Positions 1 through 9,437 of a DNA stretch of 64,000 nucleotides are shown piece by piece. The position numbers and the translations under genes were made by a program. Under the pieces are notes generated by a model. That model was not told the origin of the DNA and did not search any database. It worked only from the letters and a program-made list of their open reading frames with translations. The stretch spans positions 334 to 64,333 of the forward strand of contig CAYSHH010000004.1 in the NCBI GenBank assembly GCA_964430945.1, read 5' to 3'. Source of the DNA: an uncultured Candidatus Saccharibacteria bacterium. Its GTDB lineage: Bacteria; Patescibacteriota; UBA1384; JAMDBS01; CAYSHH01. Position 1 is the stretch's first letter. Each line of letters opens with the position of its first letter.

Positions 1-341
1 ACTTCTAAAAGTTTTACAAATCTATCAACGTGCATCACATCAAAATCCCCACCTGCATCAAAAAAAGACACGATATTTCCATTGGCTTTTTTAACGCCGT
101 ACGTCAAAGCATATCCCTTACCTCTATTATTTGTGTAAGAATAAACCCGTATCCGTGAATCTTTTTTGGAGATCTCTCTTGCTTCTTTTTCTGTGTTGTC
201 TGTACACCCATCGCAAACCACGACTATTTCATACGGGTAGTTAGTTTTAAAATCATTTACAATATTCCGTATAGTTTTTTTTATACTACGTTCTTCGTTA
301 TAGGCAGGGACAACAATAGATATTTTGAGATTATTTATCAT
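1..341 (-). CDS. Glycosyltransferase family 2, 5' part (runs off window edge)
   Basis: Manual translation from ATG at 341: MINNLKISIVVPAYNEE...IVVVCDGCTDNT...NRGKGYAL...SFFDAG, which are GT2 motifs. Absent from the ORF track because it is truncated by the edge. Confidence 0.9.
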   Translation of the reverse strand, partial: MINNLKISIVVPAYNEERSIKKTIRNIVNDFKTNYPYEIVVVCDGCTDNTEKEAREISKKDSRIRVYSYTNNRGKGYALTYGVKKANGNIVSFFDAGGDFDVMHVDRFVKLLE

Positions 342-350
342 AAATTTATC

Positions 351-1640
351 TTAATCAGCTTGTGAGGATTCTAATACGTATTGCCTGATTGTTTCTTTCT
401 TATTATAAAGATAATAAATGATAAAGAGAAAAAGTAAAGTTGAAAAGGAAAACATTAGATCGGAAATAATCTGACCGATGTTCTGATGAAACAAATAAAA
501 GAGTATTATTTCCAAGATAAGCGTTGTAATTATAAACCATGCAAAGCGAGTTTTTTTTATTGACAAAAAATACTGAGTAAACATATTGCATAAAACTAAA
601 ATAAGCATAGCAAGCCCAATCTTAGCTAAATATGGACTAACAACTAGAAATTTTTCTCCATATAAAAGATTAACAATTTGACTTGGGAAATAATAATAAA
701 TAATGAGTGCTGGGGTTCCTAAAAGTAATATAAGTCCAACCGTTTGTGCCAAAAGAAAGAAATGTTTTTTACCCTTGGTATGATATTCGCTTATAATTGG
801 AAACATTACTAAAATTATTGGCGTAATCGCATAGAAAATAATCTTTCCCATATCTGAAAGAGCTGCATAGTATCCCGCATCGATTTCGGATAGAAAATAT
901 TTAGCAAGCGGTATATCAATAAATGCCAATACAGAGAAAAAACCAAGTGCCAAAAAAGTATTGGAAAAATACTTATACAAAGTTTTTAATTCTATCTTAT
1001 TGTCATTTTTTTGACGATATTTTCTTAATATTACGACCGTTGCCATAAAAAGTATTGCCGATGATCCAACTAGGCCGAATACTGCACTATTTACCTTCAA
1101 GCCAAGATAAAAGAAGGCAAAAAGAAGGATCAGTTTAGAAAGAGCTTCAAGTATATTTAGTCCAACAAATTTTGGAAACTCCTGTTTTCCTCTTAAAACA
1201 CCCTTCGCTACATTATTGGCAAATATAAATAAAAAAATCGCACTTAGATATTTTACATAGGCAGGATCAATTTTAAACCACAAACCAATTTTATTAGACA
1301 TAAGTAACACTATTATTGCAACAATAGCACCCATATATATTGCATATTTGGTAAGGGTACGATAAATAAAATTAATTTTCCCTTCTTCTTTTTTAGCAAT
1401 TGCCTCAGAGATAAATTTTGTAACTACGTTATCGATTGAAACGCTAAAAACTGTAAAAAACATAACAATTGATACTAAAAAACTAATAACGCCATAATCA
1501 ATTGGTCCAAGTAGCCTTCCGCTAAAAGTCTTAAATAAATAGTTTAAAATACTTACTAAAAAACTTCCTATAAATACGACAAAACTTGATTTCAGGAAGT
1601 TTTTATCTAGTCTAAATTTCGCAAAAATCTTATTTATCAT
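351..1640 (-). CDS. Wzx/MOP-family oligosaccharide flippase
   Basis: About 12 hydrophobic segments; R-L-GPxDYG N-terminal motif; D...AKYFL...AGYY second-half motif. Confidence 0.85.
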   Translation of the reverse strand: MINKIFAKFRLDKNFLKSSFVVFIGSFLVSILNYLFKTFSGRLLGPIDYGVISFLVSIVMFFTVFSVSIDNVVTKFISEAIAKKEEGKINFIYRTLTKYAIYMGAIVAIIVLLMSNKIGLWFKIDPAYVKYLSAIFLFIFANNVAKGVLRGKQEFPKFVGLNILEALSKLILLFAFFYLGLKVNSAVFGLVGSSAILFMATVVILRKYRQKNDNKIELKTLYKYFSNTFLALGFFSVLAFIDIPLAKYFLSEIDAGYYAALSDMGKIIFYAITPIILVMFPIISEYHTKGKKHFFLLAQTVGLILLLGTPALIIYYYFPSQIVNLLYGEKFLVVSPYLAKIGLAMLILVLCNMFTQYFLSIKKTRFAWFIITTLILEIILFYLFHQNIGQIISDLMFSFSTLLFLFIIYYLYNKKETIRQYVLESSQAD

Positions 1641-2487
1641 TCCGATTTCTTTCTATAGCCAGCTTAACTACGTTTTCAAGCATTTTTGCTACAGTGACTG
1701 GACCAATGCCCCCACGAGATGGAGTAATATAACCTGCTCTATCCTCAACATTATCAACATCAACGTCTCCCAAGATTTTACCACCAACTTTCGTAGTTCC
1801 CGCATCAATAACAATTGCATTCTTTTTGATCATCTCTCTTTTTATTAGATGAGCAGTTCCTGTGGCTGAAACTAAGATATCTGCCTTTTGCGTATAGTTG
1901 GATAGGTTCTCAGTCTTATGGTTACAAATTGTCAATGTGGCCATACGATTTGATAAGCTTATCATCGCTGCCAGTGGTTTACCAACTAATTTTCCATACC
2001 CCACAATTACCACATGCTTACCAGTTAAACTTATTTTATAATAGTCTAAAATTTCCAAGATCGCGGCTGGTGTAGGGGGTATGACATTTGGACTATCAAG
2101 GAGTAGCCTACCAAGATTTTCTGGACACAATCCGTCTACATCCTTTTTGGGATCAATACTATAGAGTACTTGATTAGTGTTTATTTCTTTTGGCAATGGA
2201 AGCTGGATAAGTATTGCATCAGTCATGTCATTGTTAAGTTTTTCAATGGTGGCTATGATCTCATATGTAGTAATATCTTTATCAAGAACAATATTTTCAG
2301 TAATAATTCCTAACTCTTGCGCTTTTTTTTCTTTAATAGATACATAAAGTTTACTAGCCGGATCATCTCCAACTAAAACAACGGCTAACTTAGGAATAAT
2401 ATTTTTAGCCTTGAGATTTAATATTTCTTTTTTGGTTTTAGTATTGATTTTTTTTGCTACTAAAACACCATCCAATATCTTAGACAT
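1630..2487 (-). CDS. folD: Methylene-THF dehydrogenase/cyclohydrolase
   Basis: LAVVLVGDDPAS-YV--K, IQLPLP, KDVDG, PPTP, VGKP, GDVD, GGIGPVTVAKM. Confidence 0.97.
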   Translation of the reverse strand: MSKILDGVLVAKKINTKTKKEILNLKAKNIIPKLAVVLVGDDPASKLYVSIKEKKAQELGIITENIVLDKDITTYEIIATIEKLNNDMTDAILIQLPLPKEINTNQVLYSIDPKKDVDGLCPENLGRLLLDSPNVIPPTPAAILEILDYYKISLTGKHVVIVGYGKLVGKPLAAMISLSNRMATLTICNHKTENLSNYTQKADILVSATGTAHLIKREMIKKNAIVIDAGTTKVGGKILGDVDVDNVEDRAGYITPSRGGIGPVTVAKMLENVVKLAIERNRNDK

Positions 2488-2521
2488 TATAACAATATTC
2501 TAATCTGTTTTTTGGTATAAA

Positions 2522-3769
2522 TCAATTAATTCCAGGCACTGGAAAATTTTTACACATTTTTTTAACTTCTTTTTTGATTTTCGAAAGCTTGTCGTTGTCT
2601 TTATGATTTTTGCATGCTCCAAGTATCCAATTTCCGATAGTCACCATCTCTTTTTCCTTCATGCCTCGGGTAGTTATTGCAGGAGTTCCGAGTCTGACAC
2701 CGGATGGATCCATTGGTTTTCGCATATCATAGGGAATCATATTTTTGTTAGCTGATATTCCAGCTTTATCAAGTGCCCGCTCAGCAATTTTTCCAGTAAG
2801 ACCTATACTTGTCATATCACAAAGCATAAGATGATTATCGGTTCCTCCAGAAATGATTCTTATTCCACCGCCTTCTAGTGTTTTTGCCAAAACACGAGCA
2901 TTTTTAATAACTTGCTTAGCATAAGTTCTAAAACTCGGACTAAGCGCTTCTCCAAACGCTACAGCTTTTGCAGCATTGATGTGATCATGTGGTCCACCTT
3001 GAAGACCTGGAAAGACTGCTCGATCTATATCTTTAGCAAATTTACGCTTACACATTATCATTGCTCCCCGTGGACCCCGGAGAGTTTTATGAGTTGTAGT
3101 GGTGACCACATCAAATATTGGTACGGGGTTTTCTAGCTGCTTTCCGGCAATAAGTCCTGCTACATGAGCAATGTCAGCGAAAGTAACAGCGTTGATCTTT
3201 TTGGCAATTTTGGAAAATCTTTTCCAATCAAAATCACGGGAATATGCAGAAAATCCAGCTATGATCATTTTTGGCTTTTCTCGAAGAGCAATTTTTTCTA
3301 CCTCATCCATATCAACTTGTTCTGTTTTTTTATCAACGAAATAAGGGATAATTTTATAAAGCCTACCTGAAAAATTTAGTGGATGACCATGCGAAAGGTG
3401 ACCACCCTGATCAAGTGAAAATCCCATTACTTTATCACCTGGACTCAAAAGTGCGAAATACACAGCCATATTTGCAGGGCTTCCAGAGAGAGGTTGTATA
3501 TTTACGTGTTCTGCATCAAATAGCCTTTTAACTCTAGAAACTGCCAATTCTTCAACTTTATCAATCACTTGATTTCCAGCATAATATCTTTTTCCTGGAT
3601 AACCCTCGGAATATTTATTGGTCAGTACTGAACCCATGGCCTCCATAACCGATTCGGAAACATGGTTCTCCGAAGCGATTAATTCTATCCCTTCTTTTTG
3701 CCTTTTTGCCTCTTCTAATATAAAATTATATAATTTTTTGTCTGATTTTTTTAGATCGTCTAAGTACAT
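2522..3769 (-). CDS. glyA: Serine hydroxymethyltransferase
   Basis: LIASEN, NKYSEGYPGKRYY, GGHLSHG, TTTTHKTLRGPRG (PLP lysine), GGTDNHL. Confidence 0.99.
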   Translation of the reverse strand: MYLDDLKKSDKKLYNFILEEAKRQKEGIELIASENHVSESVMEAMGSVLTNKYSEGYPGKRYYAGNQVIDKVEELAVSRVKRLFDAEHVNIQPLSGSPANMAVYFALLSPGDKVMGFSLDQGGHLSHGHPLNFSGRLYKIIPYFVDKKTEQVDMDEVEKIALREKPKMIIAGFSAYSRDFDWKRFSKIAKKINAVTFADIAHVAGLIAGKQLENPVPIFDVVTTTTHKTLRGPRGAMIMCKRKFAKDIDRAVFPGLQGGPHDHINAAKAVAFGEALSPSFRTYAKQVIKNARVLAKTLEGGGIRIISGGTDNHLMLCDMTSIGLTGKIAERALDKAGISANKNMIPYDMRKPMDPSGVRLGTPAITTRGMKEKEMVTIGNWILGACKNHKDNDKLSKIKKEVKKMCKNFPVPGIN

Positions 3770-3808
3770 ATGATACCCAACCTTTCTAAATATTAAAATT
3801 AGTTCTAA

Positions 3809-3841
3809 TAAAAAACTGTTCTACTTTTATTAGAACAGTTT
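3809..3841 (-). terminator. Intrinsic terminator-like hairpin upstream of glyA
   Basis: Minus strand AACTGTTCTA-ataaaag-TAGAACAGTT followed by a T-run. Confidence 0.55.
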
Positions 3842-3880
3842 CGTATGATCTTTGCAATGTATAAATATTTCATTTATCTT

Positions 3881-4387
3881 TCAAAATTTGAACCACTTGG
3901 AAAATAGATCGGTCGCTGTGGCTTTAACATTCGTATTCTCAGGTAAATATATTCGTATAAAATCAACGATCTCTTTTTCATCGATACCCTCAATAAATAC
4001 ACTGACCGGTGCCGAAAATCTTTTAGTCATCTCAAAGTGTAGGTCGGGAGTGTTTTCGACATAAGTTATAAAATAAGTCTTAAAATCAGCCATCGGGTAA
4101 AATTTATCATTAATTTTTAAACCGTCTTTCGTGAGCTTACAAATCCTATTTTTTGGTTTCTGATTCGCAGTAATAAATAAAACAGCAACGGCCAATATAA
4201 CCATGATCATAGCCAAGATATTATTTACATAATAAAAAAGTATAGTCAGTGCTATCCCGACTGTTACAAGAATCACATACCACTGAGTATTCTTCTGATA
4301 TTGAATAAATTCTGGAGCTTGCCAGGAAAGTATCTTGTTATTAGTTTTCATTGGCATCGAATCGAGTTTTCTAATTTTTCTAATCAT
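3881..4387 (-). CDS. Two-TM membrane protein with PH-like C-terminal region (conserved hypothetical)
   Basis: W-APEF...K...WY motif then two TM helices. Start placed at ATG 4387 (AAGAGGG RBS, overlap with upstream stop); ORF track start is 4414. Confidence 0.7.
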   Translation of the reverse strand: MIRKIRKLDSMPMKTNNKILSWQAPEFIQYQKNTQWYVILVTVGIALTILFYYVNNILAMIMVILAVAVLFITANQKPKNRICKLTKDGLKINDKFYPMADFKTYFITYVENTPDLHFEMTKRFSAPVSVFIEGIDEKEIVDFIRIYLPENTNVKATATDLFSKWFKF

Positions 4388-4853
4388 ATATTTCCCTCTT
4401 TTTATATAAGCCAATCAACTGAGCTTGATCAATAATATATACACTGATTTTATCATTAAAATTATTTTTGTCGATGTTCTCAATTTTCTCAATATTCAAG
4501 GCATAAATCTGAAAAATGTATCTATGTGTTCCAGATGGAGGGCAGGGACCACCATATTCTTTTCTTCCAAAATCATTCACGATATTCTGAGCACTATCTA
4601 TCATCATCGCACCTTTTGGTATATGAGTAATATTCATTGGAATATTAACAATTATCCAATGGACAAAATCATTACTTGGACTGTCTGGGTCTCGACAAAT
4701 CAGGGCAAAACTTCTAGTTTCTTTTGGGTAATCCTCCCAATAAATTTCTGGCGATATATTATCTCCACTACAGCCGTACTCAGACGGTATATTACCATTG
4801 TTCTTAAAACTAGTACTCCTGATTTTCATACTGTCTTTTGTTATTGTGTTCAA
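4380..4853 (-). CDS. YbhB/YbcL family (PEBP/RKIP-like) protein
   Basis: DPDSP, FVHW, YGGPCPPSGTHRYIFQIYAL. Confidence 0.95.
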   Translation of the reverse strand: MNTITKDSMKIRSTSFKNNGNIPSEYGCSGDNISPEIYWEDYPKETRSFALICRDPDSPSNDFVHWIIVNIPMNITHIPKGAMMIDSAQNIVNDFGRKEYGGPCPPSGTHRYIFQIYALNIEKIENIDKNNFNDKISVYIIDQAQLIGLYKKREIYD

Positions 4854-6014
4854 TTAAATTGTACCACTTTTGCAAATCTTTGCATAAACTAGCGCCGACG
4901 ACCTTATATTTCTTTTTTGAGTTTTATAATCAATCTCAATAAGCCCGAATCTGGGTTTAAAACCATGTGTCCATTCAAAATTATCCATTAGCGACCAGTA
5001 AAGATAACCTTTTATATCTACCCCGTTTTTTATCGCACGATGGACATATCTCAAATGATTTACGATAAATTTAGCTCTTAATTTATCTTTGGCATCTGCT
5101 AGACCATTTTCTGTAATTATAATTGGTTTTTTGTATTTTTTGAGATCCATTAGTATATGGTAAATCCCCTCTGGATATATTTCCCATTTCATATCAGAAA
5201 CAAGTTTATTTTTATTTTTAACTTTAAAAAATGGGGGATTCATCATAGCGACAATATTGTCGTGAAAATAATAATTAAGACCGATAAAATCAAATTGAGT
5301 TTTGTCTAAAAAATAATGATTCCAATATTTTTTTAGTTTTTTGGCGATCAATCCACCCTCAAAATATGCATTATTCTTAGAAAATCCTACTAACGAGTCT
5401 GAGCAATTTTTCTTAATTATTTTATATACTTCATTGTGAGCTTCAATTATATTATTTACCACTTTGATGGCTAAAAATAAATTCTTTTTACCTGGAGGCC
5501 AAACTCCTTTTGCAAAGCTTCCGTTTGCATATACGCACGGCTCATTTAAGCTAATCCAATATTTCACACCCTCAATTTTTCGAGTCACTAGATTGACATA
5601 TTCTAAAAAATATTTGATATTTTCTTTTTTTTCCCAACCACCAAGATCAGAAAACCACTTTGGGTTTGTGAAGTGATGTAGAGTGACAAATGGCTCAATT
5701 CCTAAATTCTTACAATAATCTACTACGTCTTGGTAATGTTGAATCGCTGATTCATTGATCTGTTTATTTGACGGTTTAATTTTTGCCCACTCTATCGAAA
5801 ATCGAAAAGCATTTTGATTTAATTTTTTAGCCAAATCAAGATCTTCCCTATATCGGTTCCAAAAATCGCAAGCTTTACCAGACTTATCATTATTAGTAAT
5901 ATTTTTATCCTGTTCCCATTCCCACCAATCGCTATTAGAATTATCACCCTCAACTTGATGAGCGCTAGTAGCCGACCCCCAATAAAAATTTTTAGGAAAT
6001 TTTATTTCTTCCAT
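4854..6014 (-). CDS. Glycoside hydrolase family 1 (beta-glucosidase-like)
   Basis: [28 protein letters not shown] acid/base, ITENG nucleophile, WSLMDNFEW. Confidence 0.96.
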   Translation of the reverse strand: MEEIKFPKNFYWGSATSAHQVEGDNSNSDWWEWEQDKNITNNDKSGKACDFWNRYREDLDLAKKLNQNAFRFSIEWAKIKPSNKQINESAIQHYQDVVDYCKNLGIEPFVTLHHFTNPKWFSDLGGWEKKENIKYFLEYVNLVTRKIEGVKYWISLNEPCVYANGSFAKGVWPPGKKNLFLAIKVVNNIIEAHNEVYKIIKKNCSDSLVGFSKNNAYFEGGLIAKKLKKYWNHYFLDKTQFDFIGLNYYFHDNIVAMMNPPFFKVKNKNKLVSDMKWEIYPEGIYHILMDLKKYKKPIIITENGLADAKDKLRAKFIVNHLRYVHRAIKNGVDIKGYLYWSLMDNFEWTHGFKPRFGLIEIDYKTQKRNIRSSALVYAKICKSGTI

Positions 6015-6388
6015 AGTCCATGTATATTACAATATGCTCTTGTTATTATGTTTGTAGCATTGATTTGAAACTCTGCTTCTGGCTTGTCACCTGGTTTTAA
6101 AAACTTCTTATAGCATTTCCCGTCTGCGAGAATTTCAATCCATTCAATATAGTGCTCATCCTCCATAGGATGTTCAACTTTGCCAATTTTTACTTTTATC
6201 TTGTTGTCAGATTTTTCAACTATTGGTACATGTTTTTCTCCTACTTCGGGATCGGATGTTTTTTCCTCAAGGTGTTTCATCGGCTTACCACAACAAACAA
6301 GTTCTCCTCCACCAACGTGATTTACTTCAACAATATTTCCACAAATATTGCATTTATAAACTTCACCAATTTTTTTAACATTACTCAT
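6002..6388 (-). CDS. dfx: Desulfoferrodoxin (2Fe superoxide reductase)
   Basis: CNICGN...CCG centre I; EKHVP, HPM...HYIEWI, CNIHG centre II. Confidence 0.96.
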   Translation of the reverse strand: MSNVKKIGEVYKCNICGNIVEVNHVGGGELVCCGKPMKHLEEKTSDPEVGEKHVPIVEKSDNKIKVKIGKVEHPMEDEHYIEWIEILADGKCYKKFLKPGDKPEAEFQINATNIITRAYCNIHGLWKK

Positions 6389-6420
6389 TTATAAACTCCT
6401 TTTCTTATTACTATTAATCT

Positions 6421-7263
6421 TTATTGTAAAAGTCCAATAAAATCCCCGATCTCGCTATACCCACTGACTCGTTCTCTATTGAGCTTGTAAATATCTTCAA
6501 TATTATTTGAATTTCCTTCGTTAGTAGTAACAGCACCTCGATATCCCGCTTTTTTTGTTAATTCGATTGTCTCGTCGTCGTATTTACCTGCGGGATAAGA
6601 AAGGAAAGTTACTACATTACCGACGCTTTCTTCGATAATTCTCTTGCTTTCAGATATTTGATTCTTTTCCTCTTCCTGTGAAATATTTGCAAGATTTGGG
6701 TGAGATAATGTATGCGATTCTATCTGCCAACCAGCTTGCTTTAATTCCCTAATCTCATTTAAATCAAGGTATCTATCTTCGCCAATATAATTAGTAATTA
6801 TAAATATTGTACCAGTGTAGTTGTATTTTTTCATAATTGGAAATGCATTTTCATAAATATCATGATAACCATCGTCAAATGTCAATACGATATTATTTTC
6901 ATTATCATCCATAAACAAATCGTCTAGACTTATTGTCTGATAATTATTTTCGTGCAAATATATCATCTGTTTGGAAAATTGTTCCAAGGGTATGCTTAAC
7001 CCTTTTTCAATATCGTCGTCATCGGTTTGGTGGTCTTTTACATGATGATACATGAGTATCGGAGTTTCGCTTGTTATCTTTTCCTTTTCGGGAAATATAT
7101 TACCAACCCAAGAGAATTTTTTACTCTTTTTGGCTGATTTGATATAGATATTTATTCTCTCGGTTGCGACATGACAAGCACTTGGGTTTGCCAAGACAAA
7201 TAATCCACCGGCAATAGTCAATAAAAAGATTATTAGAAAAAATGATTTACCAATTGATTTCAT
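6421..7263 (-). CDS. Membrane-anchored polysaccharide deacetylase (CE4)
   Basis: PILMYHH, LTFDDG, SHTLSHP, SYPAG; N-terminal TM. Confidence 0.93.
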   Translation of the reverse strand: MKSIGKSFFLIIFLLTIAGGLFVLANPSACHVATERINIYIKSAKKSKKFSWVGNIFPEKEKITSETPILMYHHVKDHQTDDDDIEKGLSIPLEQFSKQMIYLHENNYQTISLDDLFMDDNENNIVLTFDDGYHDIYENAFPIMKKYNYTGTIFIITNYIGEDRYLDLNEIRELKQAGWQIESHTLSHPNLANISQEEEKNQISESKRIIEESVGNVVTFLSYPAGKYDDETIELTKKAGYRGAVTTNEGNSNNIEDIYKLNRERVSGYSEIGDFIGLLQ

Positions 7264-7338
7264 TCTTGTCCTCCTTGAAATAATTATAGCATTGGTATAG
7301 ATTATAAGCGATACAATATTAATAGCGGGGGTAAATTT

Positions 7339-7902
7339 ATGAAAAAAATAATCTTATCGTTGATCATTTTATTTTCGGTATTAATCTTATCTGGGTGCAC
7401 AAATACAAATACCAATAATGCTCCAGATAGTCTTAGTAATCCTGCAGAAAATCAATCGATCAGTTTTTCAAATCTCAAGGACGCATTCAATAGCAAGGAT
7501 AGTCTCAAGTGTACTTACGAATACAAAGATTCAGATAATTCCTTTCAGGGCAATATTTACATGAAAGACAATAAATTTAAAACTATTATGGGCATCGAAG
7601 GACAAAAAATAAATTCGCTTTTTGATGGGACTACATATTATTCATGGATGGACGGTCAAACTCAGGGGTTTAAGATGGATACACAGTGTCTGAAAGAAGT
7701 ATCACAAGAAGGAGTAAAAACGGACGAATTTGACCCCAGTCAATCATTTTTTTCGATGGATGACTTTGATTCTGCTTTTCAAGTAAGATGCGAGAAATCA
7801 AATATGGATTTATCTATACCGGGCAATATTGAATTTCAGGATATGTGCGAACTTCTTAAAAATCTAACAAGCGCTTTTGAAAATATGAATCTTTCTCAAT
7901 AG
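7339..7902 (+). CDS. Hypothetical lipoprotein
   Basis: Signal peptide with lipobox ILSGC; GGGGG RBS. Confidence 0.8.
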   Translation: MKKIILSLIILFSVLILSGCTNTNTNNAPDSLSNPAENQSISFSNLKDAFNSKDSLKCTYEYKDSDNSFQGNIYMKDNKFKTIMGIEGQKINSLFDGTTYYSWMDGQTQGFKMDTQCLKEVSQEGVKTDEFDPSQSFFSMDDFDSAFQVRCEKSNMDLSIPGNIEFQDMCELLKNLTSAFENMNLSQ

Positions 7903-7924
7903 ACAGACAAGATATTTCAAAAAA

Positions 7925-7953
7925 ATAAAACAGACTCATCTGGTCTGTTTTTA
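7925..7953. terminator. Bidirectional intrinsic terminator
   Basis: AAAACAGAC-tcatctg-GTCTGTTTT between convergent genes. Confidence 0.7.
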
Positions 7954-7976
7954 TCTTTATAATTATCAAGCAAGTT

Positions 7977-8264
7977 CTATCTCTCTGGTCTAATTATTGT
8001 TTTACGTTGAGTAGCATTGACGACATAGGTTGAAATATCAACCAATATTGCTATACCAAGCCAGATCCAATCAAGTCCAAATATTGGGAAAACTAAAGTA
8101 TACATTAGCACTGTCCATGGCATAAATATTAGTCCCAAAACTGGCCAAAACCAATGACCGCTAAAGGCGGCAGTGGTTTTAAGCTGTCCATAAGGCAGAA
8201 GCCAATAAATCAAGAATGCCAAACGTGGGCCAAAAACTCCCAACACTGCTAAAAGACAACACAT
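7977..8264 (-). CDS. Small membrane protein
   Basis: Hydrophobic 95 aa with GPR...W...W-WP-LG--F-PWT pattern; AAGGA RBS. Confidence 0.75.
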   Translation of the reverse strand: MCCLLAVLGVFGPRLAFLIYWLLPYGQLKTTAAFSGHWFWPVLGLIFMPWTVLMYTLVFPIFGLDWIWLGIAILVDISTYVVNATQRKTIIRPER

Positions 8265-8290
8265 ATTTCCTTCTTAAATTAATATCTATC

Positions 8291-8383
8291 TGGCGGAGGC
8301 GAGAGGATTCGAACCTCTGTGGCGGCTTTTAGACCACCGACGGTTTAGCAAACCGTTCCCTTAAGCCACTCGGGCACGCCTCC
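8291..8383 (-). tRNA. tRNA-Ser(GCT)
   Basis: GGAGGCG acceptor stem, ACGGT-TTGCTAA-ACCGT anticodon arm, long variable arm, GGTTCGAATCC, encoded CCA. Confidence 0.97.
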
Positions 8384-8389
8384 CTAATC

Positions 8390-8479
8390 TGGCGGAGAGA
8401 GAGGGATTCGAACCCCCGAGACCCGTGAGGGCCTAACGGTTTTCAAGACCGTCGCAATCGACCACTCTGCCATCTCTCC
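8390..8479 (-). tRNA. tRNA-Ser(TGA)
   Basis: GGAGAGA acceptor, ACGGT-CTTGAAA-ACCGT, long variable arm, GGTTCGAATCC, CCA. Confidence 0.97.
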
Positions 8480-8490
8480 AAACTAAAGCG

Positions 8491-8538
8491 ATTATAACTT
8501 AAATTTCCTTGTAAATCAACGATTTTACTGGTAAAATC
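8491..8538. promoter_or_regulatory. Overlapping back-to-back sigma70 promoters for the divergent tRNA pairs
   Basis: Minus: TTGATT-17-TATAAT (8519 to 8491). Plus: TTGTAA-17-TAAAAT (8509-8537) with extended TG. Palindrome GATTTTAC-tg-GTAAAATC at 8521-8538. Confidence 0.7.
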
Positions 8539-8549
8539 TTATCTGTTAA

Positions 8550-8626
8550 GCGCTCGTAGCTCAGTTGGATAGAGCGTCAGATTGCGGATCTGAAGGTCGC
8601 AGGTTCAAATCCTGCCGGGCGCACCA
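8550..8626 (+). tRNA. tRNA-Arg(GCG)
   Basis: GCGCTCG acceptor, TAGCTCAGTTGGATAGAGC D-arm, TCAGA-TTGCGGA-TCTGA anticodon arm, GGTTCAAATCC, CCA. Confidence 0.96.
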
Positions 8627-8661
8627 TATCTCATTAATTGTCTCAACATATAATTTATTCA

Positions 8662-8753
8662 GGAGAGGTCGCATAGTGGTCTAGTGCGCTTGTTTCGAAA
8701 ACAAGTGTCTTTTTTATTAAGGACCGTGGGTTCAAATCCCACCCTCTCCGCCA
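8662..8753 (+). tRNA. tRNA-Ser(CGA)
   Basis: GGAGAGG acceptor, CTTGT-TTCGAAA-ACAAG, long variable arm, GGTTCAAATCC, CCA. Confidence 0.96.
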
Positions 8754-8812
8754 GGTAGACTTTGGAACTTCTTATCCTGCTACAAAGGAGGATAAGAAGG
8801 GACAAAGATAGC

Positions 8813-8837
8813 AGAAGAACCTCATGTGGTTCTTTTT
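8813..8837 (+). terminator. Terminator after the tRNA pair
   Basis: AGAACC-tcatgt-GGTTCT followed by TTTT. Confidence 0.6.
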
Positions 8838-8899
8838 GTGTTTAAATAGCCCTGTTTTTGATGGACAGAGAATGGGTCTCGAACCATCCATCCAAACTA

Positions 8900-8926
8900 A
8901 AGAAGTTCCTTTAGTGTGGAACTTTT
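8900..8926 (-). terminator. Terminator after the Nudix operon
   Basis: AAGTTCC-8 nt loop-GGAACTT hairpin just past the stop at 8943. Confidence 0.5.
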
Positions 8927-8942
8927 AAGCAATTATTAATAA

Positions 8943-9434
8943 TTAACTCATTTTGAGATCATTTTCTCGATATATTTCTTTAGGATGGAAATTTGCTTCA
9001 ATAAATTTTTTAGTTTCTCCATCAAAAGTAGCATTTCCTTCAATATCTTTTCCTTCAAAAAATATTGGCATCCATTCTTTATCAGCTGGCCACATCTTAT
9101 CATATGGAATATTCTCTTTATTAAACCACTTTGGAGCCATTTCTTCTGTTTCTTTAGGATCGCCTTCATAATCAGTTACTTCAAATATATGCATTTCTAT
9201 CTCTTTGTCAGTTCCTTGAAAGAAAAAGTTGATTACCCCTCTTTCTTTAAAATCTTTAGCAATTATACTAGATTCCTCTTCTAATTCTCTTATCATTGCT
9301 TTTTCAACTGTTTCATCTTTCTTAACTTTACCACCATACCCATTCCACCAGCCTTCTCCAAATCCACGTTTTTTCATAGCTAAAAGGACTTTATCGTCTT
9401 TTTCTATGATAGCTAATGTTGTGATTTGCTTCAT
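8943..9434 (-). CDS. Nudix hydrolase, MTH1/NUDT1-like oxidised purine NTPase
   Basis: KKRGFGEGWWNGYGGKV...RELEEES, ETEEMAPKWF, IPYDKMWPAD. Confidence 0.92.
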   Translation of the reverse strand: MKQITTLAIIEKDDKVLLAMKKRGFGEGWWNGYGGKVKKDETVEKAMIRELEEESSIIAKDFKERGVINFFFQGTDKEIEMHIFEVTDYEGDPKETEEMAPKWFNKENIPYDKMWPADKEWMPIFFEGKDIEGNATFDGETKKFIEANFHPKEIYRENDLKMS

Positions 9435-9437
9435 GAA

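Noticed and set aside
3770-3880. ZTP or THF riboswitch before glyA/folD
   Set aside because: Leader is very AT-rich and lacks recognisable aptamer motifs
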